This document shows positions 12,680 to 26,100 of a stretch of 64,000 nt of DNA, one piece after another; within the stretch, counting starts at the first letter, position 1; every line of letters starts with the position of its first letter. The notes beneath the pieces are model-generated. The model did no database searches, was not told the origin of the DNA, and saw nothing but the letters and a program-made list of their open reading frames with translations. Origin of the DNA: Narcine bancroftii (taxonomy: Eukaryota); assembly GCF_036971445.1 (NCBI RefSeq), contig NC_091469.1, positions 128,154,001-128,218,000 on the forward strand, given 5' to 3'. The translations under genes were made by a program, and so were the position numbers.

Positions 12680-13150
12680 CAAGCCTCAGATGCTGGAATT
12701 TGGAACAAAAAAAACCTCCTGGATGAAGTCAGCAGATGAGGCAGCATCTGTGGAGTGAGAGTGGTCGACATTGTGGGTCGAGTCCCTTTTAGGACTGAGG
12801 GTGTAAAGGGGAAAGACTAACTTGGAGGCGAGGGTGAATCAAGAAATGGCAAGTGACAGGTAGATCCAGTGAGGGGGGCTTAACTGCAGGACATGAAACT
12901 TGAGGAGGGATTGATAGGTAGATGGAGCCAAGAGGAGGAGAGAAGAATGGAGATGACCAACGGTGGAGATGACCAAGAGTGGAGGAGAAGTGGAGATGAC
13001 GAAGTACAGCAGATAATGGTATCTTGTATGACAGTTTAGTGATAAGGAAGAATTGGTCAGATAGAATAGTGCCGAGAAAGGACAGGGAAACCATTGGGAG
13101 AAGTGTGGTAGTTGGGGAGATGGAACGAGGTTGGGGAGAGGAAAGGTAAC
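12680..13150 (-). mobile_element. Penelope-like element terminal fragment
   Basis: agatgctggaa...gaagtcagcagatgaggcagcatctgtggag...cgacattgtgggtcgagtccctt followed by a purine-rich tract. Related short ends at ~17330, ~29340, ~41520, ~50040-50270 and ~63390-63510. Confidence 0.55.
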
Positions 13151-16100
13151 CAAGGACTGGAGCTGCAGCTCCTTGCAGACCATGTAAGGGAACGAGAGCT
13201 CAGTGTACTCCGGATCATTTGGGAGGCAGAGGTGTGATGGACTGAAGTTATAAGGAAACAGTCACCCCAAGAGGCAGCAAACTGGGTGACTGTTAGGAGA
13301 GAGCAGGGAATAGGCAGTCAGTGCATAGTCTACCAGGGTTGTAGTGGTCAGGTCTTTGGCACAGAGTCTAGAGCTTCGGCTCAGAAGGGAATGGAGGAGA
13401 AAAGGAGAGCTATTGTAATTGGGGATTCAACTGTCAGGAGACAGATTGGAGGTTCTATGTACAAAATCGAGACTCCTGGATGGTATGCTTCTTCCCAGGT
13501 GTTAATGGCACCAGGTGCCGTGAACTGGGATTCACTGTTAGTGTGTTGTGCTGATGGCTTGCTCCACTCCCATCTGCTCACATATAACCCTGGTTTCCAA
13601 CCTAAACCCAGAACCCTTCCGAAGGCCACTGTGAGACCCTACCCTATAAGCTAATAAAAGCGCTTCTTCTCCTTCCAGTCTTGAGAACTTTTATTTGCGC
13701 TACAATTTTATTAGCTTATTCCCTAAATGATGGAAGCGCTACTCAAGCCAGGGGTGCTGCTGATATACCCGGATGTGGCTGAGGAGTTCACATACTGGCT
13801 AGACTGCTTCCAGGCCTACCTGAACGCGACCACACCAATAATCTCAGGAGGTCCACACTCGTTTAGAGGGTAGGAACGAAAGAGTATGCAGTGATCAGGA
13901 ACTGCTCTACGTATGATGCTGCCATTAAGGCACTGAAGGCTTGGTACCTGAAAAGTCGCAAAACGAGATGCTAGCAAGGCACCAACTTGCTCTACGTCGC
14001 CAATTGCCAGGAGAGACCATCGATGACTACTTGTTGGATCTGTGGACGCTTGCAAAGAAGTGCAGGTACGAAGCGGCTATGGGCCGTTGCCTCAAGTGAC
14101 CTGCGAGCCATGGAGCTCATACTCACCACCCCCATTCAGGGCCTCAGGGGATGCATGGAGCTGCAGATTCAGCCCTCCTCCTCTCCCTCACAAGGTGACC
14201 AGGAGACCCAAGGAGTCCAAGGCCTCCAAGAGCTAAGGTACTCCACCAGGATCTCCAGACCCCCAGACCATTTAAATCTGTAAATAACTATATTTTTCGG
14301 CTTTTTTTCTGAATCCATGTTCTCTGTCTTCATTCACAGAACCTAAATTCTGCAGGAAGGGGTGAATGCAATGAACTGGGATTCATTGGTAGTGTGTTCT
14401 ATTGATGGCTGGCTCCACCCCCATCTGCTCACATATATCCTGGCTTCCTGCCTAAACCCAGAACCCTTCTGAAGACAACTGTGAGTCCCTACCCATAGTT
14501 ATAAGCTAATAAATGTATTTGTTCTCCCTCCAGTTATGAGAGCTTTTATTCGCGCTACACAGTCAGGGACGTTTCACATCAAATCCAAAGCATTTTCAGA
14601 TGGGAAGATGAGCAGCCAAATGTCGTGTCCACATTCCTTAGGAATCTGCTCTAAATTGATGGGCCCCCTTTCATGTCAAGTTTTTGTTTCTTTCATCCCT
14701 CTCTCCTACCAACTAGGTAAAAATATTAAAGTAATTTTAGGTGAAAGAAAAGGGCTTCTACTAAAGTGTGCTATGGCCCGAGAGGGGGCAGTGTAGGGTC
14801 CCTATTGAGAATGGCTGTCGATAGGGCTCCAAATAGCCCTCAAAACAGTGAGAAACAGATAAGCAGGCAGATTTTGGAATGGTGCAGAAAGAACAGGGTT
14901 GCTGTTATGGGAGACTTCAACTTCCCAAATATTGACTGGCACCTTCTTACTTCTAGAGGGATAGATGGGGAGAACATGTCACGTGTGTCCAAGAAGGGTT
15001 CCTGACACAGTACATGGACCAGCTGACTAGAGGAGAGGCCATACTGGATCTAGTACTGGGTAATGAAACTAGTCAGGTGGGGGGAGCATTTTGGTGAAAT
15101 TGAACACAACTCCTTCACCTTTAGCATAACTATGAACAAGGATAAGAGCAGACAAAATGGTAAAGTTTTTAACTGATGAAGGGATAATTATGATGGTTGT
15201 AGGCAAGAACTGGGAAAGCACAGAAGAAATGTGGAGAATGCTGAGGGACTATCTGTGCGAGGTTTGGATAGGTTTGCAGCACTGAGTCAGGGAAAGATAA
15301 TAAGAAAAGGAAACAGTGGTTGGCAAAATAGGTGAGGTATCTAGTTAAGAGGAAGAAGGAAGCATACACAAAATTTAGGAAGCAAATGACAGGAAAGGCT
15401 CATGAGAATTATGAGCCAGGAAGGAATTAAAGAAAGAAATTGGGAGAGTCAGAAAGGGGCATAGGAGGGCCTTGGAATGTAGGATGAAGGATAACCCCAA
15501 GGTCTTCTATGCATCTGCTAACAGGATGATGAGAGTGAAGGTAGGGCAACAAGGATAAAGAAGGCAACATGTGCCTTGTGGTGGAGGAGGTAGGGGAGGA
15601 CCTAAATGAATACTTTGCTTCAGTGTTCACCAGAGAGAGGGTCCTTGGTCAAAGTGAGGTCGGTATAGAACAAGCTTATGTGCTGGAGCATGTTGAGATT
15701 AAGAAAGAGAATGTGTTGGATCTTGCTAAAAACATTAGGATTGATAGATGTCACCGGGAGCAGATGAGATATACCCCAGGTTACTACAGTAAGTGAGGGA
15801 AGAGAATCTAGGGAGCGTCGACAATGATCTTTGAGTCCTCCCTAGCCACAGAGGATATACTAGAGGATTGGAGAATGGCAAATATGGTCTCATTATTTTA
15901 AAAACTTAATAGAGAGAATCCTAGGAATTGTAAACCAGTGAGTCTTACATTAGAGGTGGGCAAACTATTGGAGCAGATTCTTCGGGACAGAATTTACGAG
16001 CACTTAGAGAAGCGTAGTCTTATTAGGGATAGTTAGCATGGCTTTGTGAGGGGAAGACCATGTCTCACAAGCTTAATTAAATGTTTTGAGGAAATTACAA

Positions 16101-17170
16101 AAGAAATTGATGAAGATAGGGCAGTAGATGTGGTGTGTATGAATTTTAGTAAGGCATTTGACAATGTATTTCAAGGTAGACTCATTCTGAATGTCATGAG
16201 GTATGGGAACCCACGGAACCTTTGCTGTGTGGTTTGCCTGCAGAAAGCAGAGGGTAGTAGTGGATGCAACGTATTCTGCCTGGGGGGGTCAGTGACTTGT
16301 GGCATTCCGCAAGGATCTGTTTTGGGACCTCTGCTCTGGTGGAAAATTGGCAGATGGAGTAAAATCAGGTTATGTGTGAAGTAATGCATTATGGAAGGTC
16401 TAATATGAAGGAAGAGTATAGGGTTAATAGGAAGATTCTTAACAATGTGGAAGAACAGAAAGACCTTGGGGTCCAAATCCATAAACATCTCTCAAGGTAG
16501 CTGTAAAGATTGGGTAGTTAAGAAGGCTTATGGAATGCTGGCCTTCATTAGTCAGGAATTGAGCTGAAGAGTCGAGAGGTAATGTTGCTGCTCTACAAAA
16601 CTTTTGTTAGACCACACTTGGAATAGTGTATTCAGTTCTGGTTGCCTCATTACGGGAAGGATGTGGAAGCTATGGAGGGAGTACAGAGGAGAATGTTGCC
16701 TGGATTGGAGAACATGTCACATGAAGCAAGGTTAGCAGAGCTAAGGCTTTTTCCTTTGGAATGAAGAAGGATGAGAAGTGACTTAATAGAGGTCTACACA
16801 ATTACGAGAGGATGGAAGCCAGCACCTTTTTCACGGGACAAGAGTAGCAAATACCAGAGTGCATCCATACAAAATGATGGGAGGTAAGTTTAGGGGAGGG
16901 GAGTTACATCAAGTTTGTCCTGTTTTTTTGTTTTGTTTTGTGTGTGTGTGTTTTTTTTAACATGGAGAGTATTGGGTGCCTGGAATGCATTGCCAGGGGC
17001 AGTTCTGGTACAATTGGGACATTTAAAATCCTCTTGGACAGGCACACGAATGAAAGAACAATAGAGGTTTATGAAGTAGGGAAGGTTTCGTTTTTTGAGT
17101 AGGTTTATATTGCTCAGCACAACATCATAGGCCAAATGGCCTGTACTGTGCGGTAATGTCCTTTGTGCTA
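13150..17170 (+). mobile_element. Near-full-length degenerate CR1 LINE (ORF1 esterase, ORF2 endonuclease and RT), interrupted by an LTR element
   Basis: ORF1 RRAIVIGDS (SGNH/GDSL-like). Endonuclease VMGDFNFPNIDW. RT motifs NFSKAFD and [12 protein letters not shown]. 3' UTR ggccaaatggcctgtactgtgc. Confidence 0.9.
13516..14559 (+). mobile_element. Short non-autonomous Gypsy-like LTR element (two ~190-bp LTRs, ~660-bp interior)
   Basis: Direct repeats at 13516-13704 and 14367-14559, each TG...gcgctaca. PPT gcaggaaggggtgaa precedes the 3' LTR. Decayed gag-like start MMEALLKPG. Flanks are cagg/cagt. Confidence 0.85.
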
Positions 17171-17469
17171 ATGTTCATTCAAACTACTCAGGTGCAATAC
17201 AAGGTGCAGTTCCTCAAGTTTGTGTTTGGCCTCATCCTGGCAGTGGACTAAGCAGAACGCAGGTATATCGACGTGGGAATGAAGGGGAAATGGAAATAAA
17301 ATGGATTGTAAACGGGAGCTTCAGAACACCAGCCATCTCTTTACTTTCACAGATGCTATCTGACCTGCTGAGTTTCAATAGCAGTTGTTTTTTTTTACTT
17401 AAGTGTTTACTTAGTTTTGATTGCTTTAGAAATATGAGAAACTTGATCTGCAAAGTTACAGCTAGATTG

Positions 17470-18740
17470 TGAGGGGTGGGGATAGTGGACAGTGAGGTTG
17501 ACTTTCAAAACTTGGAGCAGGATCTGGACCAGCTGGAAAAATTGGCAGAGCTAATTGGGCTACAAATTGGCAGATGGAATTTAATGCAGACAAGTATGAG
17601 ATGTTACAGCTTGATAGGACAAATCAGCCAAGACTTACATAGTAAACGGTAGGGCACTGAGAAGTGCAGTAGAGCAGAGGGATCTGGGAATACTGATACA
17701 TAATTCATTGAAAGTGACATCACAGGTGGATATGGTCATAAACAGAGCTTTTAAAACACTGGTTTTGATAAATTAAAGTATCGAGGGCAACAGTTGGGAT
17801 GTTTTGTTGAAGTTGTTTAAGACATCAATAAGGCAAGATTTGGAGTATTGTGTACAATTTTGGTTACCTATGCACAACAAAAATTTCAATAAGATTGAAA
17901 GAGTACAGAGAAAATATATAGAAGGACCTTGCCATCCTTTGAGGTACTGAGATATAGGAAGAGATGGAAATAAGCAAGGACTTTATTATCTGGAATGAGA
18001 GAGAATGAGGGGAGATTTGATGGAGGTGTACAAAATTATGAGAGCATGGACAAGGAAATGCAAGCATGCTTTTTCCAGAGGTCAAGTGAGACAAAAACAT
18101 AGAAACATAGAAGATAGGAGCAGGAGTAGGTCATTCGACCCTTCGAGCCTGCTCCGCCATTCAATGAGATCATGGCTGATCTTAAAGTTCAGTACCCCGT
18201 CCCCGCCTTCTCTCCATAACCTTTAATACCCTTATACTGAAGAAATAGATCTAATTCCCTCTTAAATATATTTAATGAACCTGCCTCTACTGCCCTCTGT
18301 GGCAATGAATTCCACAGATTCACCACCCTCTGGGTAAAGAAATTCCTCCTCATCTCGGTCCTAAATGGTTTGCCTATTATCCTCAAACCATGGCCCTGGG
18401 TTCTGGATTTTCCCATCATTGGAAACATCCCATCTGCATCCGTTCTGTCCAGTCCTGCCAGAATTTTATATGTCTCTATGAGATCCCCTTTCAATCTTCG
18501 AAAGAACCAGATGACATGGATTAAGGGTGAAATGTTTAAGGAGAACATTAGGGGGAATTTCTTCACTCAGATGCTGGTGAGAGTTGAATGAACTACCAGC
18601 AGAAGTAGTGAATGCAGGTTCGATTTCAACATTAGAGACAGTTATACGAGATGGGCACAGAGGGCTGTGATTCAAGTGCATAATAATTTAGCACAGATAA
18701 GATGAGCTGAAGAGCCTGTTTCTATAGATCTATGATGTGT
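17470..18740 (+). mobile_element. CR1 LINE fragment, interrupted by an antisense CR1
   Basis: tggcagatggaatttaatgcagacaag, ttggagtattgtgtacaattttgg and ggggaatttcttcactcag. Confidence 0.85.
18096..18500 (-). mobile_element. Young CR1 3' fragment nested in an older CR1
   Basis: Uninterrupted ORF RRLKGDLIETYKIL...RRNFFTQRVVNLWNSLP...GYGEKAG. (catagaaa)n tail. CpGs are retained. Confidence 0.92.
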
Positions 18741-21465
18741 CAGCAAACAATGGTCTTTTTGATGCAAAAATCAGAGTTTCTTCTTCCAATTCATAGTTAA
18801 CTTGCTATAAATTACATCCAGGCAGGAAGATCGCAATGGAATTCCTACATTGAAAAATAATCGACAAACAACTTGTAAGCGAGCTTCATGTTCTTGGCAA
18901 TTTGTTGACCAATGTACTGAGACAAAACACCAGTTTGAACTTGTCCACAATGGCAATATATTCTCTTAAAACTTAATTCAGTAAGCACAAACTGAAGCAA
19001 TACTTTTAAAGGTGCAATGAAAAGCTTAAGTCCTATTTTTTGCTCAAGTTAATTCAAAATGTTGATCTGTTTGTGAAAGATAATTTCATATCTTAGTGTT
19101 CAGCACTGAATCACATCAAAAATAATCGATACACACTGCATGTGAGGAAACTGGTGTGATTAAAGGACTGCAACAGTAGGGTGCCTGAAAACGATCTGAA
19201 CTGGGAATTATTTAATGTTGATAGGGTTTGCAGGAAGTGGAAGGAAAACAGCATGTCTGCATGTGATGAATGGAACACAGGAATACAACCTGCATTGATG
19301 TGAAATAATGGAAGAGAAATAGCTGATTCTACCTCCAAATTTAATTTGGTTGCTTACGGCAATTTGCAGCATACTTCAATCACCAGCTTTACAGCTTAAA
19401 AGTAAGTTATAACATCCCAGTCATCCTAATATGGAGCTTGGTGACTCATGAACAAAGTTTCAGTTTTCAGCACGGTTTTCTGCCTTTCATCACTATTTCC
19501 AAAAAATCCACTCGAATGCTGGAGGTTGGCGATGGTTTTTCACATGCATCTCCCATTTCTGCAATGGTGAAGTAGGGAGTGCTGCATAAACTGTCACGAT
19601 TTTTCAAACAATTTTAGATCAATTGATTGAAGTCTACATTGAATTTTAGAGTTGTATAGCATGGAATACGTCCTTCAACCTTATCTTGTCCATGCTGACT
19701 ACCTGAGATGCTCCCATTTACCTGTGCTTGTCCCATGTCCACATATTCACCAAAATTCTGGCTTGCTAAACTTGAACAGGAACAGTGACAAAGTACCTCT
19801 TTGGCTCCAGCAAGCAATAATTTCAGTGTATATATACATTGCACAATATACAAGACAATAAACTCTGTCATTATCCCTCTAAACTTTTCTGATCCATGTG
19901 TTCGCCCGAGTAAAATGGTTCCATGTAAATGTACTGTGACCTGTGTGTGACCCTGTACCAGCCCACAACCAACTTACTAAGAATACATATACAATATTTT
20001 AACTCGATAATTTACTTTACTAAGACATTTTTATAAGAAATATAACTTAACCTAAATATTACTATTAACATAGATCCATACCAATTCCTTTTATGGCTTT
20101 ATATCACTCCACAAGGTCACTTCTCAGCCTCCAATGCTTCAGGGGTTAAAATGAGTCCCAAACATATCTAGTCTCTCCTTATAACTTAGCTCTTCCAGTC
20201 GTGGTAATATCCTCATTTTTTTATGTACCCCATCCAGTATAATGACTTTTTCCTATAGTATGGTGATCAGCATTGAACATTAAAATCTCCTTAAGATTTC
20301 ATCTTAAGTCAAAATTTTATTAAGTGGACACTTAGAGACACTTAAAAACATACACACACAAAACCCAAGAATAAAACAAAGTAGATATCTTTTGTAGGAG
20401 AAAACCAAAAAACTGCAGATTCTGGAAACCTAAAATAAAAACAGACAGTCGTTTGTCAGAACAGGGAAAGAGACAAATGAAACTTATTAGACTGAAGGGA
20501 TGGTGGGCGAGGAGTGTTTCTGATCTAGTAAAACCATGGGGATAAGATAGACACAACATTACCAGAACAAATGGGAATGAATGTCAGCAGTTAGAGAGTG
20601 AGAAAACAGATAAAAGCACGATTCGGATGGGCACCCAAAATAGAAAAATGGGAAGTAAACTTTTCCTAGAACGGTGCAGGCCGAGGAATACTCAGGTAAC
20701 TGCAATTCAAAGCTCAGGAGGTCACAGAAATTTGTAGAGTCAATTACACAACAGGAGTCAAAATTAAATTTAAAGCTACTATAAATAATGTGCTCAATGA
20801 CTCCCTTTTCCCCTCCTTTTTTCTTCTCATCTCTAGTCATCTTTTTGCTTTCCTGACCAAACATTCAATGCATTAAAATACACGAAAAATAACCAAATTA
20901 CACAGCTGATTAAAAAAAAATAAAGGGCTAAAAAAATTCATGAGGAACATCAGATGTCACAAATTAATCATTTTGGGATACAATACTGTTAACTGAAACT
21001 TCCCCCAACAAGGTTAGCTTCCATAAGTAAAACCAAAAATACCATAAGACCGACAACACAGGACTGATGGCAATACTCAAGCACTTGCGAGCCAAATGGG
21101 TTCCAAACCAGGTTGCCCTGTTAACATAAGAAATAGGAGCAGGAGTAGGCCATCAAGCCCGTTCTGCCATTCAATGAAAAAAAAATCGAACCAATCTTGT
21201 CTTAAATAAATATACCATAAATGAGAACTGATACAGAGGCCAAATCTGGTAAAATTTATTTACATCAATACCTGCAATCTCAGATACCTGTTGGATGAGG
21301 GTGAAAGGAAGATAGACACCCTCTATCCAAGTAGGAAATCCTTCACGCAAATAGACAAGTACATCTAGAGACACTGGTAAGGATTTGCAGAAAATGTCAA
21401 TGTTGTGAGTCAAACCCAGAAAACACAAGACCAGTGTTTGAAACAGTTGAATCATCACACACTCA

Positions 21466-23830
21466 TTTTTTTAAAAATAATTTATTTTTGATTTTTTTCA
21501 AAAATATGCATAGTAACATTTTAAATATACAACATATTAAACTTTTTCTTACAAACACAACCAACAAAAACAAAACAGTCCCTCCCTCCATACATACAGA
21601 TCTGTTCACCATCAGAGCTTATAAGTATATAGAGTACAATTGAGGAAACTACATTATTGTATGTATAATAGTTACCTTTATACCCTTTTTTATTTCTTTT
21701 TATTACTGTATTTGGGTCCATATGTGGTCCAGGTATGACTGCCAGACCTTTATAAAAGTGTCATATTTATTCTTTAAATTACGTTTTTTTTCCATAGCTA
21801 TGCAGCTGCTCATTTCCACAGTCCATCGTGCTATAAGTGGAGAGGAGTCAGACTTCCAAGTGGTCGCAATACATTTTGTTCACTACCATCTGCTCGATCT
21901 ATTCAAGGGGAACACTGCTGACATCTGACTATTTGTTATTATTTTAGCTTGTGGTTTATAGTATAAAGTTTTTATCCAATTTATAAATGTTCTGCCTATA
22001 CCAAATTTTTCCAGTGTTTTGAATAAAAAGGGCCATTCCAAACAGTCAAAAGCGTTTTCCACATGTAGGGAGACTAATACTTGGATTTTGTTCAGATTTT
22101 TCCATGTGTATTATATTAAATAATCTTCCTAGATTATTTGAGGAATGCCTTCCTTTATCAAATCCTGCTTGATCTGTTTTGGCAAGTGTTGTCCTAACCT
22201 ATGCTTTCGCTAGTATCTTATCATTAGCATTTAACAGGGATCTTGCCTGTATGACAATGTTTTTAGTGGGTCCCTGTCATTTTTGGTAGCACAGTAACAA
22301 TCGTGGTTGAGAATGATTCTGGGAGGAACTATGTTTCTACAGTTGGTCCAGGACATCTGTTAAAAGGGGCATTAATAATTCTTTGAATTGTCTATAAAAC
22401 TTAGGGGAAAATCCATCCTCTCCCTGTGATTTATTAGCCTGTAGGGTGCCCGAGGTCTTTTCGATTTCTTCCTGAGTGAAGTGAGTATCTAATTCTATCC
22501 TTTCTTACTCTTCTAGTTTTGGCAGTTCGACATTCAACAAAAATTCTTCATGTCATTCTCATCTCCTAGTAATTTAGATTTGCATAATTTTGTGTAATAT
22601 TGTCTAAAAATGTCATTAACTTATTTTTGCTTATATACTAGGGTACCTGTATCTGTTTTTATAGGATTTATCATTCTTGATGACTCCTCTGATTTAATTT
22701 GACAAGCTAAAACTTTGTGTGCCTAACTCATAGTATTGTTTCATTTTTAATACTGCTTTTTTTCTGTCTTATATGTTTGTATTGTAGCTTAGCTTTTTAT
22801 TCTCCAGTAATCTGTATTCTTCTTGTAGTCCTGTTCTTTGACTTTTTTTTCTAATTCTTTAATATCCTTCTCCAGACTATTTACTTCTGCCATATGTTCC
22901 CTCTTAAGATTTTTTTTATAGGATATAATTTGTCCCCTTAAATATGTTTTCAACATATCCTAAATCAGAAAACTATTATTAGTAGATGGCAGATTTGTTT
23001 CACAAAACATTTCTGTCTCTTTACAAATTCACAGAAGTCTGTTCTTTTAAACAATGTAGTATTGAGACACCATCTGTATACATTCTCTTGCTTTTCCATT
23101 GTTGCTATAGTTAATATTAATGGAGAGTAGATAGAGGCCTTGCTAGATATTCTGTTTTTATCATTCTACTTTTTAAACTGGGAAGACATTAAAAATAAGT
23201 CAATCCTTGTATTTGAGTTGTGCACTCTTGAGTAAAAAGAGTAATCTCTCTCTCTCTGGGATTTAATTGCCTCCAGGCAGCAATAAGATTTAGATTTTTT
23301 TATATATAAAATTGTGGGTTTTACTGCTTTCGGCCTCATTATTGTTCTTGCCGATTTATCTAGTAATGGGTCCAAACAGAAATTAAAATCTCTTCAAACC
23401 AATATATTTCATCTTCCCTCTGCTGTTTATAAGAAGATGTCCTTCATAAAAGCTTCATCAGCATAATTTGGAGCATAAATATTCATAAATGTCTATGCTT
23501 CTCCATAAATTTTATAGTGTGCCATTATATACCTTCTGGCTTGATCAATCAAAGTATCTGGAGTATTTTTATAATTAGAATAGTCACCCTTCTTGCCTTT
23601 GAACCAAAGGAAGAAGATATTATTTTTCCCATCCATCCTCTTTTTAATTTATCATGTTCTAATTTGGTAAGATGTGTTTCCTGCAAAAAGATTAGATTCA
23701 CTTTTAATTTCTTTAAGTATGCCAAGACGCTCTTCCTCTTCACCATCCCATTAATATTAAGACCAATAAACTTTAATGTTTTATCCATACCATTTTGCAA
23801 ACAGATATTGTACAACAATAAAATCTTTAA
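21466..23830 (-). mobile_element. L1-clade LINE ORF2, degenerate and internally deleted
   Basis: APE endonuclease start LKFIGLNING...IFLQETHL...SSSFGSKARRVTILI and YSFYSRVHNSNTRIDLFL. RT remnant near 22020. A-rich 3' end at ~21466-21500. Confidence 0.88.
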
Positions 23831-23844
23831 TTTTTAAAAATACT

Positions 23845-24330
23845 GTTGGGTGGAGGGCAACAGGGGAAGAGTGGGGAAAGTGATGGGGGGGAGAAGGGCG
23901 GGTGACGGGAGAGGAGAAGGGTGGATGACAGATGCAGAGAAGGGTGGGCGACAAATCGTGGAGGGTGACAGGGGAGAAAGAAGGGCCAAGGTGGGGACAT
24001 GACATGGAGAGAGGGAGGCTGGAGGGGGGAGCGAGCGAGGCAGGAGGACGAGCGAGGTGGGGGGTAGGCGAGGCGGGGCAAGCGCGACGGGGAGAGTGAG
24101 AGGCAGTGGGGAGAGAGAGAGAGAGAGGAGCGAGATGGGGAGAGTGAGAGGCAGTGGGGGAAGAGAGAGAGAGAGGTGGTGGGGAGGAGAGAGAGGCGCT
24201 GGGGAAGAGAAGAGAGAGGCGGTGGGGGGAGAGAAAGGCAGTGGGGGAAGAGAGAGAGAGGTGCGGTGGGGGGGAAGAGAGAGAGAGGCGGTGGGGGGAA
24301 TAGAGAGAGAGAGAGAGAGAGAGAGAGGAG
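23845..24330. repeat. Purine-rich (G/A) low-complexity tract with (GA)n and degenerate gaggcagtggggg units
   Basis: Directly visible in the sequence. It produces the Pro/Ser-rich and Arg/Glu/Gly-rich spurious ORFs. Confidence 0.9.
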
Positions 24331-25317
24331 CAGAGATAATTACACAGTTCAGCAATTACCTGAAAGCTCATTTATCTCAGTCTCTGATATTTGCTTCACT
24401 TATATATTTCATAGTTTAGTTTCTGTTTCAGCACCCAAGTTGATGATATGCAATGAATGATTGGGATGAAAATATTAAATATTTGGCAAAAATGACAATT
24501 AAATCTAATTTTTGGTAAATTCACAATGCCAGTGTAATTTTTATAAATTACACATGATTAGTGTACATTTAGAGAGCAAAGTAATCTGCTCCATTTCGTT
24601 CTGCAACAGTGACGCACAATTTATACAAGTCCTGTACTTTCCAAAGTAGTATTGATTTAACAGAGGGTAATTTATTTAAATTAACACTATGAAAACAGAA
24701 GTTCAATTAATTAATTACAAAAAAGTTCTTCTACATTTATTCAACTGAATGGTCTTGGTGATTCAGTTGAACCACGATTTTCTTCCCCCTCAATCTTGCT
24801 TCTTAAATTTTTGGCATCGTCACAAGAACACAAGAACAAATAGGTCTTTTCAAGTCTCTCCTACCATTCAACAACTTCTCCTGGCAGGTTACGAACATAT
24901 TTTTCTTTTCATGTGCATTTGAAGGTGACCCACAAGCTGTCAAATATAAATCATACAACTCAAAGAAGTGAATAAAGTGCCAAAGGCGAAGATTTGTCAG
25001 TCAATCCTGGTTGAGCAAGTGAACGATTGGTGAAAACAATGGCAGGGGCTCTTGGATAGCAAGGAAAATAAAGAGCAGTGGTTTCTGTCAACTTTGTGCT
25101 GGATGGAACTGCAATCTTCGCCAAGTGTAGCGCTGAGAATTATGGCTGCTTTGCAATCAATAGAGAAAGCAGAATTGTACAAAGGGAGCATGGGATTGGA
25201 CTCTTCCAGGATGTGGCAGAACACACACATGTGATCTACATCATGTGGCATGGCACCAGGTCTGGGCGTGAAAGTTGCTCTTTCAGAAAAGTTCCCGCAG
25301 GGCGAGATACTGACATT

Positions 25318-26100
25318 CATAAGAAATACGAGCAGAAGTAGGCCATCCAGTCTGTGAGCCTGCTCCACCATTCAACAAGATCATGGCTGATCTGATGATA
25401 GGCTCATCTCCACCAACCTTCCCATATCCCTTAATTCCTGTAAAGTCTATCCAACCTTGGTATCTTTCCACACCCCCAAACCCCACGACATCAATGCAAT
25501 TTACCAAGATCGTTGTTTAAAGAGGGATTGCAAAAATCAGGGTGGACCTCTACCACCCTGCATGCAACATCTTCCAGCTACTCTCAACAGGAATTAAGTA
25601 TCAGAGCTGGAACCACCAAATTGAGGAACAGTTTCTCCTGTGGACAATGAAACACCTGGATGACTGCTAAAACAATCCTCCATGGCTCTACTATGTATTA
25701 ATAATATTTATTTTAATAAATATACATCTTTACTATATCTATCTTTACATCTCTACATCCATTGTTTGTCTTTATGTGTGTAATATCTGTAAGTGTGTTT
25801 TGCACTGTGAACCGGAGAAGGCAGTTTTGTTGTACTGGTACATTGGGATGACAAATAAACTTGAACTTTTATAACAAAGCCGAAGTCTGCCAATAAAGAT
25901 GTCACAGGCACAGTCATGCCGATGGTAGATTTTTAAAAAACTGCTACTATCCTGTTGAAGATGAAACATTCTAAGATATTTGGACAGATAAATGGATAGG
26001 AAAAGTTTAAAACAACATGAGACAAATGCAAGCAAATGGGACTAGCCTAGCATGCTAACGTAGTCACCACAGATGAGTTAGGACCTGTATAGTTCTCTGG
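25318..26100. mobile_element. Cluster of short LINE 3' ends: CR1 (-) ~25318-25465, Rex1 (+) ~25500-25868, CR1 (+) ~25935-26100
   Basis: cataagaaata...ccattcaacaagatcatggctgatctg; accaccaaattgaggaacagtttc...gacaaataaacttgaac; atatttggacagataaatggatagg. Confidence 0.6.

Noticed and set aside
19470-19560. Minus-strand short ORF MGDACEKPSPTSSIRVDFLEIVMKGRKPC
   Set aside because: Ends in a stop with no phase-compatible donor, and I recognise no homology.
23781-24460. Long Pro/Ser-rich and Arg/Glu/Gly-rich ORFs (up to 196 aa)
   Set aside because: Translations of a low-complexity purine tract.
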